59,749 nt of DNA, filler included, from Sphacelaria rigidula (GCA_964200075.2; 7 parts of 7 records of this genome joined end to end with filler, not necessarily neighbours in it), one strand, 5' to 3'; shown: positions 12,901 through 26,252, counted from the first letter of the whole stretch. Program-made: numbers and translations. The notes: a model not told the origin generated them from the sequence alone.

Positions 12901-15900
12901 AACATCGACATACTTTGGAAATAGGAAGGCAAATGCACTCTCCGGCCGTGATGTGTGGCCTTGCTCATCCTTGAAACATCCTCCCGCAGGTTGTGAAATC
13001 CCGTGTTTTTTTCCCGAACAATGTCGACCTCCATAGATCACCGTAGAGAAGCTGGTCTTATTTGTCAGAATGTCCTATTTACACGGGATTTCACCAATCG
13101 CTAAAACCCCGGGTGGATTTTGCCTTGAGCATAAGAGAGGCCAGATATCACGGCCGGATAGTGCGTTTTCGTTTTGTTTTCAAGAGTATTCCGATGATCA
13201 TGAAGTTCCCAAGGTTAATCCTCTTGCCACCTCTCACCACATTAGGTATCTCAGGATACTACTGTGGTATCTGCTCCACATTCCAAGAGAAGAAAAATAA
13301 TCTGTATTCAATATTGAGTGACTTACGTGCTGACCGACCATCGGGGGACCTGCAATTTTTCAGCTCCAGATTCCGACTCTTCGGTATTATCGGTCGATCA
13401 AGTCTGTCCCGATCGTGTTTGTGAAGAAGGAGAAAAAGGCTTGATTTTTTTTAGCTCCACCTACTCATCGCACGACTTCTGCAAAAGAGCCGGAAAACTG
13501 TTTATCACGGTCAATAACAGCCTCCTGATAAACGGGGTATCTACTCGTATCGCCCAATCACACCAACTAACAGTAACTCGGTCACGGTGTTTTGAGGACG
13601 ATCCGTCTATTTCACCAATATCTACGGACGATAGTAATTTCGAGTTTTATTGAAGAGTAGTACGCGAGAAAAAACACCCAAACGACCCAAGCTACTTTGA
13701 ATGAGAGGGATACTATGGAGTATACTGTACTCCTAGAGACTATGTAAGCTGAACAGGCGGCCATTTTCCCCCCACTTATTTTCAATATTGGAGAAGGCAT
13801 ATGAGCACGTATATCGATTCAGTTCCACCCTTCTGTTGCAGTCTGTTGATGGCCATGCATACAGAAATGCCGCCACAGCCTCCACCTACCTCCTGGTCGT
13901 CACTCAAGCCGTCGCTGCTCGCGTGGGAGGGAGGTCTGGTGTGGCCGGGAGAACGGGGGGTAGCGTTGTTCGCTGCGCTGCCTACAAGAAGATCGCTTTT
14001 GTTGGTCGCTACTTCCTCGTCGACTGTTGTATCGGTGGGGCTGTCGCCGCCGCAGTACTCGGTACCCATACGCGGCGACTCAGCGTCGAGTGATGCTGCC
14101 ATCGGGGAGCGTGCTGAAGTGGGGGCGCTATCAGTGATTTCACTGTCGGAGTTGTCATCAGGGTCTCCGGGTGCTGTTCGTGCGTGCAACGCGTGAGGGG
14201 AAGGGTATAGTCGAGTCAGGTGTCGTGCGGCGGGTGTGTTGTCCAGTACGAGGAATCGTATTTGGTCTGGAGAGCGTTGGACGCGTGTGTCTGACGGAAT
14301 GGTCCACCGGGTATCGAGCACTTGAACGCAGCACGCACAACACAGTAGTAGAGGGCAGCAAAAGTCGCAGTTTGCATACGTCTAGATACGCGTATGCACC
14401 AATGATCGCGCTTGCAAGACGCAATAATGTACCTTCCACACCCGACGCCGGCTGTTCTGCGCTGTTCAGTAAGCCGCGGGCTTTTGGACTGTACGGCTGT
14501 GTGTATCCACACTCGTGGTGGCTGGCCGAGATATTATTGGGTCAGGGAGAGCTTACCACACGATCGACTGACATAAACAGTTGCTCTTCACACCTTTCAC
14601 ATCATCTGTACATGTTCAGCACTGTGTTCGAGAGCGAACAAGACGCGGGACACAAGATACGAGGGTGTGAGTAGCCCCAATACAGAGACGGGGGATAACA
14701 CCCCGGGTGTTACGGACTATCATTCATCATGATATCTCGCAACGTAGCTTCATGTTCATGCGTAAAGGAAATCTCAACGACACGTGAGAGTACCATACTC
14801 AAGATTTGTCGACAACTCGCATATTTAGAACAAGAAGAGCACCCCCTCTTGAAAACGTTGAGTGAAAAAAGGCAATCATCGCCGGCGTTGTAGTGCACCA
14901 TGACCGCGGCGACTAGGACTGGGGGGCGAGACACAAGTGTAATGCGTGAGAGGACCGCGTGCTTTTAGAGGACCGCGTCGTAGTTCAAAATGCCTCAGGA
15001 TCGACGTTTTTCAAAACCAATCGGGTCAGCCCCTGCAGGTACCATGCCCCTGAGCCTCACCCCAACACTAACCCTAACCCTAACTCCAACCATAGGGGTG
15101 TTCAAATTCAGATGCGGTCCTCTAAGCACGCGGTCCTCTCACGCATGACAACAAGATCCAAGATACGACTCGCTGGATGCAAGGTATCGCTATATTGGCA
15201 AGACAACCAGCGACACGTGCGCGTTCTTATTGAGATGTATGCCAGAGGGGGAACATCCCCTAGGCCCGACTCCAGATCGTACGTGCCACATTGCTGTATC
15301 TGATTGTGCTTATCCAACGAACCCGAGGCCTTGGCACAAAGGAGCTGCAAATGGTGAACGGGGTTGGAACATGCGTTTGAGTCATCTGCGGAATGCTGCC
15401 ACTGCGATGGTTTGATGGTTTGGGAAAAAACGCAGCACGACTGACTGAACTGCTTTGGTGGGCAACCCTCCACGTCTAAACGCTCATATATGCCACCAAG
15501 ATTGCGATCCCTCTAACGGCACAAGATACCCGCTGTGTTTCATCGTACTGCCGGGTGTGTATGCAGTCAACATCGTAATGACGCAGCAGTAAACTACTGT
15601 TGTTGTGCTGCAATGCCGATCAACCTCACCGTGGGCGTTTGGCGCCTTTCCCTCGGTAGCCTCCTCCCTGCTCGGTACCCTGTCGGCGGTCGCGGTGCGC
15701 TGTTTGCTACCGGGTGTTTTCATAGCGGCAGGGACTGCCAATTTGACCCCAACAGATTCGGCCTTTACTGCAGCTAGGCGATGAGACCGGAGCAGCGAGA
15801 ACACTGTCTTGTGCCCACCCCCGTCAACGTCACCCCTGTCTATGCGGGACATCTCAATGAGGGCCACCTGCAGAGATCTGGGTTGGCTGTCAAGGCCTTC

Positions 15901-16038
15901 TTGTTTGTTCTCCATGGACCTTGATCTCTCCTCGAGAATTTTCTCGATGCCCCACACAGGTACGGAAGCAGTGATGGTGGCGATTGCGGAGAAGACCAGG
16001 ACCAGCATGCCGTGGACAAGCAATGTTGGGATTTTCAT
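9965..16038 (-). CDS. Secreted hypothetical protein, 5 exons, ~443-452 aa, possible bulb-type-lectin-like C-terminal region
   Basis: Exons: 16038-15630 (MKIPTLLVHGMLVLVFSAIATITASVP signal peptide, donor gtgagg, phase 1); 14173-13890 (alternative donor at 13863; acidic, Ser-rich); 12479-12276 (VCAARSRLGPRDPPLLPGQYL...EMILWE); 11368-11234 (VDGIEEAR...GIKPQ); 10264-9965 (LYMDKGRM...SDGSVLWEPSLNPPGSELEGA*). All introns are GT-AG with compatible phases. Confidence 0.75.
12830..13265. mobile_element. Degenerate foldback/MITE-like long inverted repeat (intronic)
   Basis: ~12830-13005 is an imperfect reverse complement of ~13082-13265 (e.g. gtgaaatcccgtg / cacgggatttcac, ccggccgtgat / atcacggccgg, aaccttggg / cccaaggtt). 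Confidence 0.65.
14938..15150. mobile_element. 213-bp MITE with TGT...ACA termini, ~40-bp TIRs, 5-bp TSD (ACAAG) and internal CCCTAA repeats
   Basis: Left end tgtaatgcgtgagaggaccgcgtgcttttagaggaccgcgtc; reverse complement of the right end tgtcatgcgtgagaggaccgcgtgcttagaggaccgcatc. acaag flanks both sides (14933-14937 and 15151-15155). Confidence 0.85.
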
Positions 16039-17000
16039 TTTGTCGTCCTTTGCTGATCACGGTTGTCGCACAAGCACTGGTGGCAGTAATGACTGGGATC
16101 GTACTTTGCGATCCTGTGCGGGGAACAGGCGGAGGTCGAAGCTGCTGTGTTGAGTGTGTGTGGTTGTGCGGCTGTACGTGACGACGTTGACATGTGATGT
16201 GGTGTGCCGCGTGCCTTTGATCTGTCGGGAGGCGTGTTTACTGCATTTATTTGGTCGTCATTTTAGATTACTAACGTCTCAGAACTTATTCGCAATACTC
16301 GTACTGTAGTACTACCGGCGCCATCCGCAGTGAACGCCCACGTTTTTCCAAGGGGGGGATGGAAACAAAGCATCCCCGGCTAAGGTCTCACAATTTTATG
16401 GTAGTACACTTTGAGTCTAATATTGACATGAACCGAAAAAATCCCCCATCGACTACGGCCGGGTTACAGCTAGTTTCAAGTTCATCCCCCCAGGGAAATG
16501 GTGGGAAACGCGGAAAGCGGGGATAGTTGGGAAATATCCCCGTCTCTAAAACAGTGTCCGATGAAGATGAAATTTCAAGGGTGGCTTGATTTTGGGCGCA
16601 GATCACGAATCTGCAATCAGATTTTCTCTCCTCGTTGTTGTTGCTGAGATACGGGCACATGTCGAGGGACAACACCTGTCGCTGGAAAACGGTCAAGGTT
16701 ACAAAAATATATTTTGCAGATCATGTCGAGATATCTCCCCCCAGTCCGAGAGCTCCGTGATTATCGACCGAATCAAAAGCAATCGTATACTGGCAGAGCA
16801 ACAAGTGCCAATCGTCACTTCTCGTTTGCACTCGCCAGGCTTTGATATCACGGGCGCCTGGCCACTTGCGGGGCTGGCTACCGCCAGCCCAGCTGAAGTC
16901 TCACTCATGATGGGCCTCTGCACAAAACAGCCGATCATCGATATTGAGGATTGAGATTTTCATTTAGGATGAGAACCCGGAGGATTAAAATCTTCGTATC

Positions 17001-17100
17001 NNNNNNNNNNNNNNNNNNNNNNNNNNNNNNNNNNNNNNNNNNNNTTAATTAATTAANNNNNNNNNNNNNNNNNNNNNNNNNNNNNNNNNNNNNNNNNNNN
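17001..17100. other. Artificial contig linker
   Basis: N44-TTAATTAATTAA-N44. Confidence 0.98.
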
Positions 17101-17753
17101 GCCAGAAACACTGCGCAGGGTACGTAAACCCTGTAGACCCCCTCTACAGGGTGCTGTCTGTCCACGTGTGTGAGGCGCGACGAAACACCCTACAGCCAAA
17201 TCCCCGAGAGCTAACACTGCACAGTTTCCCTGAACCCTGTAGACGTGCCCCACAGGGTGCTATTTGTCGCACGTGTGAGACTGTAGCTTGGACAAATACA
17301 CACCGGTGAGTAGCCGAGGCACGCGCCATGGTTCGTAGCCGGGACGACGAAGGGGGAGCAACGTCGAGTGGAAACCCAACTCAGATCACAAGCACTTTTA
17401 GAGATGTCACGGTGTGCATAACCAGGGGTTGAACAGGATCTCTGGTCTGTTCGTGTTTTTGGTTGGTACCACCTTTTTTGGCTCATTTTGGAGGGTCAGG
17501 CGCGCCCCTAACAGTGGAACAAAGAAATACAGTAGACTGAGACGTGAAAAAAAAAGTAAATAAAAGAAGAAAAAGAAGGGAAAGAAATGGCCGGTCTCTG
17601 CCACATGGCTTCGACGTACAAGGTCTTGCAAGACCATACTCGTACCCAGTCGTGGAAAACATAAGGCCGCGGAAATAATGAACGATATGAACCATCTACC
17701 ATGTGCCTGAGCCAAGGAACCTTAGTTCGTTAAGGGTTTTCAACACTAGATAA

Positions 17754-17840
17754 AGTAGTCGTCACTGGCCACTTGGTCTAGTGGTAAAAACCCTCCAAAG
17801 AACAAAAAAAGTGCCGACTTCGACTCTCGACGCGACTACT
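17754..17840 (+). mobile_element. tRNA-derived SINE-head-like or degenerate tRNA-like sequence
   Basis: A-box-like tggtctagtgg and B-box-like gacttcgactc, enclosed by the 8-bp inverted repeat agtagtcg / cgactact; no intact cloverleaf. Confidence 0.35.
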
Positions 17841-19563
17841 CTTAACCCAGACGTCACAATGTTTCCCACAGTGGAGGAAACAGGTCAGAGGCACTTCACT
17901 TTGACTGCAACGTTGGCGAGAGGAATCCCGTAGGATCGCGTCAAAGGGGCTTTCGAGCTAAAAAACACTCATTTTGTTCGTTATTATCATCATGTCCGTC
18001 ACATCAGCACGACCTCTCGAACGCGTGGTCACAGAGTGCAGGGAGCACACCACCCAAACTCGTATCTCCAACAGCCCGCAGAAGGCCCGCAGAAGGAGGC
18101 GAGAGACAAGAAACGTCTACACGAAAAAGGGAACCTATACTGCGAAAGATCCGTATATAGCCGATTGAACTACAGGAGACCTACTGGACTCTAGGAAATC
18201 CCCGCGTGTGATCCCTCCGACTACCTTGCCACGTACTGGTGCATACACAGAGTAGTAACAGCGAATAAGACGGAACTCGAAACTGTCACATAGAACAGAG
18301 ACCCATCCCGCAATAGACCTACTGTCAAGAGTGCTGTTCAAAAAGGGCTTCTACAGAGCCTGCGTACCGGAAACTGAACAATACCAGAGAGTAAAATCCT
18401 AAAAAGACAAAGAGAACGAGAAAAGGACGAGCCGATGGCAACGAGGAAGGAACCGAGGAACTGCTGTGATCTCAATTGGGTTCTGGTCAAGTAACACCAT
18501 CATAGAAACACGACAGGCTGTGCCTAGCCTACACACGACGTAGCGCTATCAGCAAAAAGAAAACACAATATATTCAGCGTGTCGTCTATTCAATCATGAG
18601 AACATGGGATAACATCTGTATCCACAACAAAAACAACTACTACTAATATATCGAAAACCCAACAGAAAAATAATATTCTGCCCTCAACGAAATTAGCTGC
18701 CCTGCTCTGCTCTTCTCCGCTGCAAGGTCCTCGTCGAAGTTGACCTCCTGACGCTCCCATCGGTCCTCACCACGTACATGACCAACGCAACCGCCCATCC
18801 TCGCCGGTGTACATGATCCCACAACAGTGCTCCGTCTGCTTCCTTTCGTGATGAAACACTTCCTCGTTCATGATGCTCTCTGGTTCTGGTCCGTTAGCGT
18901 CTCGTCCAGAAGGCTCAGCCAGACCTCACCTGTCCGTCGACGACCGCTTCTTCTCCATCCTTGTCGCCAAAACCAGTTTAGACGTCGGCAAACGTTCCTT
19001 TGTATCAAAGTGTGCGTGCCAGCTTTCGACAGCGGTGTCATCTGCCTCCGCGCACACACCGAATCCCAACATACCGGCACTCAGGGTATCGACACTTGGT
19101 TCAGCGTTGAAAACGCTCGAGCGAACAGAAGTAAGCACTCAAGCATGGCTATACTGTTCTCGGAGTATGCCTGAGAAAGCTCGTTACAGATGAGCAAGCC
19201 CCATCCGACACTTCCCTGTGCACGGAAATAGAGGGCTCTGTCACGTGCGAAATACTTTGAATTCACCCCCCTCTACCTTCTGCGCCTGATGACACAGGTT
19301 AAAACCAAACTACAAATGCAGATAAATCATACATTTGTGCAACGTGGCATACTTGCTAACAAATCGAATCGAGGCAAAGATCCCCGAAGTAGCACATCTG
19401 CCGCGATATGGTCACGGACGGCGCAGTCCACGGCAACGGGAAATCGGAGCAAATTCAGCAAGCAAGCACCTGCCGCTTGATCAGGGAGCGACAACGGGTG
19501 CGTACAATAACAACTGTATTACTTGCAGGTTATTAGCATGTCCGGAGCGAAAACGACGACAGC

Positions 19564-20818
19564 TCATGACGCGGCGTTTCGATCCGGGACCGGGTGATGC
19601 ACCACGACGTTGCCCGTTCTACGCTCGATCAGCTGCAGAGAAGTTGGCCACATCGCTGTGCTTAAATCCTGCGTAAACGCTTCGCCGAAGGTCACCTTCC
19701 TCAGTGAAGTAGGCCATACCACCCTGTCGATCGGCTGGTCGAACTCTTCCCCAAATCTCAGTCGCTGCAGAGATTCTGGCCACACGACTCTGTCTATTGG
19801 CTGGTTGAAGTCATACCCGAATGTCAGCTCCTTGAGTGTAGTAGGCCACACCACCCTTTCGAGTGGCTGATTGAAGTTCTGTCCGAAGGACAGCTGCTGG
19901 AGTGAAGCAGGCCACACTACTGAATCCACCGGGCGATTAAACTCATCCCCCAATGCCAGCCATTTGAACGACTGCGGCCACGTAACTTTGTCGATATGTT
20001 GATTAAACACCCACCCTAAATCCAGCAGCTGGAGCGACGCAGGCCACTTGACTTTGTCGATCGGCTGATTGAAGGCATGACCGAACTTGAGCTCCCGAAG
20101 TGACGAAGGCCAAGTCACTCCTCTACACACGGGGTGGTTGAACCAAGTATTAAAGGCAAGCGTTTGCAGCGAGGCCGGCCAAGCCACCTCGTCGATGGGT
20201 TGGTTGAACAAATCGGCAAATGACAGATCCTGCAGAGAGGCAGGCCAGGTCACCCTCTTGATGCTTTGATTGAACCGCGATCCCGGCTCGAAACGCACAC
20301 ACTTTAGCTTTTCCGACCACACCACATTGTCCAGGCTTCCATCGAAGCACGAGCGAAATAGCAAGTACTCCGCGCTCACAAGCCGGCTGTTTTGCAGTGA
20401 TAGCAGTCGGGAAGACATCCCCCAAGAAACCGTGAGGGCGTGGATCGCAGGAATACGGTTCTTCGAGCGTACCCGCTTGGTCGTGCTGTACAGGTCGGAT
20501 GTCATACACAGCGGTAACTCCAGCGTTGGGGCGTACAGCGAGGGAGGAGTACCATTCTCCACCCTGACATGTATCCGTGAATATTCACGGCAGGAGATGC
20601 ACAGGTCCATCGACGCCACCTGTAGATTCATCGTCGAGACGTACGCCTTATTTCCGACGAGGGATTGCTTCAGAAGGACAGCGATGACAGCCAGGAAGCT
20701 TTCATACCCTAGAGTAAAGTCAGCAAAGCAAGAGGGAATATGCACAGGATTTGTTATGCACAGGACGTTCGGAAAATGGTAGAGGTGATACGGGTCTACC
20801 CACGACGAATTCCGACAT
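19564..20818 (-). CDS. FNIP-repeat (22-aa LRR-like) protein
   Basis: About 10-11 tandem FNQPIDxVxWPxSLxxLxFGxx repeats in ORF 19564-20745. The 5' end is uncertain: either a 19-nt first exon 20818-20800 (MSEFVV/G, donor gtagac) spliced to the acceptor ctttactctag| at 20708, or the ATG at 20631. Confidence 0.9.
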
Positions 20819-22919
20819 CGCAGTCACAGGCAGAGGAATGGCTTGCCGCCAAAAATGGTGGCCTACTTCCGCTGGTCACCAGCACCACCCCACCCATAAA
20901 CTTCACACGTGATTAACAGCAACCAAGCGAGAAAATGCGCCGTTACAGTGAGTAGCGACAATTGGCTCACTTGAATGGTACACGTCTACACCTGCGGGTG
21001 CATCTTCCGCACAAGCCGAAGACAACACATCGCGCATGAAGAGCGAACCCACCACAAGCAATTTTCCCAGCTGCACCGTACCCGTACAAGCGCTCTTACC
21101 CCGTAAGTCTGCGCGTTGATGGGATAACCTTAATAGAGCCGACCGTATCATGCAATGGAGAGGGGCCTACAGGCGTTACTTTGTATTATATAACGCTCCA
21201 GGGGCCGACGGCGCATCCGCCAAAATCTGCACAATTTGCCACAGCAACAACGAGGGAACTTCATACATGCTGTCGTTTGCGATAGTTCAAGGATGTGCAG
21301 AAAAAGATTGGTGTAACACACGGTATCAGCGTACAACTGCATCGACCGACACACGAAAATCTGAGAAATCCCTCCTCACGTGGTGGCTGAGTGCCTGGTG
21401 CTTCGACAGCCATGCCATCTTCGGCACGAGAAGTCATCGCTTCGTTCGGTACGCCAATCATTGTTCTGGCCCACCTGAACCCGACCCTGGCTCGTGTGGG
21501 ACCTCGGGGATGTATCCCCTGACTGTACCTGAGGTGCACGAGTATGTACCAGCCGACAACGAGGAGTGGTGTGCGACATCACGCGATTGTGGCGACATAT
21601 TTGCGGGTCGTTGCTTCTTTTCTGAAAATTCTTGCTTACAATCCTGCCACCTGCATTGCTCGAACGCGATGGGGCCTGAATATCTAGTGTACCCGTCAAG
21701 CACGTATCTCTGTCCTTCAGCACGTCCGTACAGGATTGGCTTTCGATGTATCAACATCCGGACGGCTTTCAACAAACTCCTCTTGCCACTGACTCGTCAA
21801 TCCTTCGGGACTAGATGCCTACATGCCACTGCACCGACCGAAACAAGAATATAATGATCCCAGCCTGAATTCGTTTTTGAGGTTCAACATCTGGGTGAGG
21901 TTCAACTGACCATCGAAATTGTATTTGTTTCGGCCAAAAGGCTTGGGATTCGCAAGCGGTTTCGACCATGTAGCCCCAACCCAGAAGTTTCTGCACGGCA
22001 GCGCAAGCATGATGATGAGCAGTTCAACAGAAACACCGCCGTCATTGATTGTGCAGCATCTTTTGAGCAGGACCTGCGTCTAAGCGCTACGGAACACGTA
22101 AGAAAGCATGCTGAAAACATACTTCTTTGGACTAGTCATCGAGTTTTCGAGCGCCTCTTGTTGAGTATCTGAGAGAGATTTCATACTGTTGCACCGGCGA
22201 CGACTGCCGTCAGCGAAACGATCAAACGCGGCGACAGACGCCAGCGATCTTTGAAACGCAGCATCATTCAGCAGTCTGCTGAGATATACCAGCACACCAG
22301 AGTACAGCACGACTACAGTACAGCCGTTGGTTGGATAAAATGAATGCGCCACAATAAAGCTGCACACACACAGAACGGGGATAAGGGTTAGCCCCACCCT
22401 TGGGGCTGTTTCGCCAGTAGCGCCCATGCGAGGCGCCTCATCCAGTCTGAACCAGCTATCACGCCTTGTATGGCCACTTCCGCCGTGGCTGTGTTGAGAA
22501 CCTGTTTCGCGGTGACGCTGTCGAACAATACTACTGTAGTGCAATGCGCTTGCAAACTCCAAGCTCCACCGAAACTACCGAAAAGCTGGAACCTGGGGTT
22601 GCACTTCCGCAGGGCCCCCGAAGGTCGGTCAAGCCCATAAGTAACTGAATATTGATCGCAGAATTTGTTTTTCGAAAGTCATCCAGATGCCCATTTTTTG
22701 GCATCCAACAGTTGCTGTGATGAGCCGTGGCAAGGGAAACAAATTCAGAAACACTTTGGAAAACAGAAAGAAATTACGAATTCTGCATACTTCTGACGCT
22801 GACTACTGTATATACATAAATATGTATCGAGGGTCAGTATATACTATGTTATATATGATTATATATGATAATATATATCATATAATATATATGCTATATA
22901 ATATGTATGCTTCTAATAT

Positions 22920-23170
22920 TGTAAATGTACGTGTATCATTTCACTGTTTTCACCACTTTTGCCGAGTTTTCTCTGGCGGCAAGGCATCTCATCACGCGCT
23001 TTTTTTTGCAGTGCACGAAGAAGGCGCAGCGGTACATTACCGTTCAGGTTTGGGTGTCATCTGATACCTGTGACACGTGTTCTGGCCATCGAAAGTCGCC
23101 CGCACTGGCTCTTTTTTGCGGGGTGTCGATCCCGAACCACAAAACGGTTCCCAAGTTCGTGAAAAACTTC
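22920..23170 (+). repeat. Dispersed repeat family C (second copy ~25240-25500)
   Basis: Both copies share ttttgccgagttttctct, ttaccgttcaggtttggg and cggggtgtcgatccc. Confidence 0.8.
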
Positions 23171-23569
23171 AAGCAGTAGGATTATTCTTGGCGGGATATT
23201 TTCCCCCCGTGTTTCTCTTCGTCGGGTTCTCGTTCATTTGGGAGCACGAGTACACCGCTCATGCCGCTAATGTCACGAGAACATGAGAGCAATGCAGTTG
23301 AAAACAATCGAACATTGCCTCGACCTTAGTCAGCAGCAAACACCAGACGGTGCGGTGAGCCTTTGACGAGTTGAACAAGGCACACACGTGGGCAAACGTC
23401 CCCACTGTGGGTCAACTGTGTAAAACCAACATAGAAGGGTGCCGAAATCCCTGTGATCATGCAACCCGTAGAATGCACATGTGAAATACAGGCGCCGGGA
23501 TATCCTTGTGACAGGGTTTACAGGTTTGTCCCTGTGACAGGGATGACAAGGAGAATCATACGAGTACGC

Positions 23570-24040
23570 ACCTCATGTATCTTTCGACGGCTTAGTACTT
23601 TATTTTCAGTACAAGTCAAGCGTTACTTTGCTTGTGGATTTCCCCGCCGTGTCTGAACGAACCAGCCTGAAAATTAGCACAGAGGTAGACCACAACACAG
23701 ACAGCATTTTCCCGGATCGGCGGCACGTTTTAGGTGGTGCGCCAGACGGACGAAGGGAATACGGATTCTGGGCAATGCCATCGATACGCCCTCAAAACGG
23801 AGTCCCCTCGGTCCAGACAGTGTGAGACGTCAGTGAATGCATATATGGACACGCAGATGCGCTCACTTCCACATCATAACCTGCTGGGAGGCTCCAGCCC
23901 CGGCAAACGAGCATCGATCCGTATTGGGTACACTCTGGATTATGTCATTCTGCGTGATACCTATCTTGGTATCGCCTGTAGAGGTACTCACTTCAGGAGG
24001 AACGGTCGTGCAAGCGCTGTCAGTGCTTTTCAGTGTCGCG
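23570..24040 (+). repeat. Dispersed repeat family B (inverted copy ~48165-48640)
   Basis: cacagaggtagaccacaacacagacagcat and caatgccatcgatacgccctcaaaac occur in both contigs. Confidence 0.8.
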
Positions 24041-25550
24041 CAAAAGTAAAGGAAAAGTCAAATGTACGCCGATTTTCGCATACAAGAACCATTGTATAAA
24101 TTACCAGCTTGGATCATCCGCAGAGTGGGTGTAGTTCACATGAGCGAGGTGCCCCAGAGGGACGACCTGCGGCCCAACACACGGCATATCTGAAAAGCTA
24201 TGTTCAAGGCTGGGTCTTCGGCACAAGTTGCAGGTTGAGAACGTGATCATATCCCGCGTTCGGTGGTGTGCATGATGTTGCTCAGTGCGGGTGCCTTGCG
24301 GGCCCCTTTGTACGACGATAGGTGGCGACCACGCTTGGTGTTCCAGCGCACCACCGCGCCCAGGGCGTAGTATATGGAGTGTATAACCCGCTTGAAAAAG
24401 AAGCATCTCATTTACTTTTGTCGCACTGGAGAACGCCACAATCGTTTGCGTGCATGTCTGGCGGCGCAGCTGATGGGTTTGAAATTTGAAAACTCCGTCA
24501 TGGACAATATTTAAAGTACAGTATAATACGCTGATGCAATGTACGGTCTACAGCCAGTATACCCGTACCGTAATACTACATAACCGCATATGATATGCGG
24601 CGTAATCAGGACGTAACCGCATCTTACGTTTATTAGAGTACTTTCCTCAGGCAAACCCCCGTTTCTCAGTGCAACTTGAGTTGTGGATTTCTCGCCTGTG
24701 ACTGCGTGTTCCATCATGGAACTTTGCACACTAGTTGGTCACAACACAGGCAGCATATGCCCGAAGCATACATGCGATTGGGCCTGGGAACACCGTACAA
24801 CATGGCCCGAGCCCATTGTGGGGAATGCCGCCCATGCGCTCTCAAATCAGCCATGCAACTGCCCAGACTTCGCGCACTACAGGTGAAAGTATATGTGCAC
24901 GCGCAAATGCACAAACTTGCACATTCAGCGCGGCTAGGCGGCTGATGTGATAGAAAACTGACACCAGTATGTACTGCAATCCTCTCTGGATCATAACCAC
25001 CTGTAGTGTACCGATCGGCACACAGTCTGTAAAGCTGCGCATTTCATGACGCACGACCCTACGCGCGCTGTAGCCGCTGCGAGGCGCTGAAACTTTGCTC
25101 ATATGTGGTACGAACCACAGTCAACAGTTCAACGTCGCTATACCTGGTATTGTGTGCAGCAGGAGTGCGCACTGGAGGGAAAAGTGGCCAAATTGTGTTC
25201 CGACCTTTTTTTCTTTCGGCGCAACACTGTTTTACGCGCAATGTGTATTATGTACATGTATCATTTCACCTGTTCACCGCTTTTGCCGAGTTTTCTCTGA
25301 CGGCAAGGCATTTTTTCCCACACATCATATTGCAGCGCACCGAAAAGGCTCAGCGGTATATTACCGTTCAGGTTTGGGCGCCATCTGATACCTGTGGCAC
25401 GTGTTCTGGCCACCGGAAGTCACTAAAACTGGCCTTTTTTCGCGGGGTGTCGATCCCCAACCACAAAAGCCTCTTCAAGATCGTGGAAAACTTGACAAAA
25501 TATATTTTCGACTTGCGTCACCCCCGGGAGGCCCGTACCAACCTCCCGAA

Positions 25551-25650
25551 NNNNNNNNNNNNNNNNNNNNNNNNNNNNNNNNNNNNNNNNNNNNTTAATT
25601 AATTAANNNNNNNNNNNNNNNNNNNNNNNNNNNNNNNNNNNNNNNNNNNN
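25551..25650. other. Artificial contig linker
   Basis: N44-TTAATTAATTAA-N44. Confidence 0.98.
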
Positions 25651-26125
25651 GTGGGGGACCTAGACCTGTCAGAAAGAAGAAAGATATATACCAGTCGTCG
25701 GAAGGACGAAGAACAAGATCGACGGAATTGCCTCTGTGGCAAAGCAATGGAGAGCAGAAGTCATATAGTGGCAGGATGTGAGCTACACAAGGAGGAACGG
25801 GACGTGCTAGAGGAGGAAATGCGGGAGGTGAACAAAGGTGGCATGTAATCGTTTGATACATTAGACAGTAGGCAGAAAACGATGGCTATGCTAGGAGATA
25901 GATGGTGGCCAGCGACGGCGACACTTGACGGGGATAAGATATGTAATTTTTTTTGTGTAATTTATGGAAGAAACGTAATGAGCTGCGGAAAAAAGTAATG
26001 AGCGCCAGAATGTTGGAGGTGTCTCGATTAGAAGTAGGAACGGTGCTCCGTCTCGAAAGGCATGCGTGGTCAACGGTCGCACCAAGGTAAGCAACAAATG
26101 AGTACGGCCCCCTGCCCCCCCCCCG
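25651..26125 (+). mobile_element. LINE ORF2 C-terminal remnant with CCHC zinc knuckle and element 3' end
   Basis: Translation VGDLDLSERRKIYTSRR...NCLCGKAMESRSHIVAGCELHKEER fits the C-x-C...E-S-x-x-H-x4-C knuckle at LINE ORF2 C-termini. It is degraded downstream and ends caacaaatgagtacgg plus a C-run. Confidence 0.75.
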
Positions 26126-26252
26126 CGACTGCTGGCTCGGCATCACAAGTCTTTGTCGCTTTCACAGTCTTCTTGACGCTTTCGCGAATCAGGCCGTACT
26201 CATCATGTCTGATGCGCTCACTACTTCTTTACATCCAATTCTCATAACTCAC

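Noticed and set aside
21150-22562. 234-aa Cys-containing plus ORF and nearby broken minus-strand ORFs
   Set aside because: No recognisable domain or consistent splice model; possibly decayed coding sequence, but not supportable.
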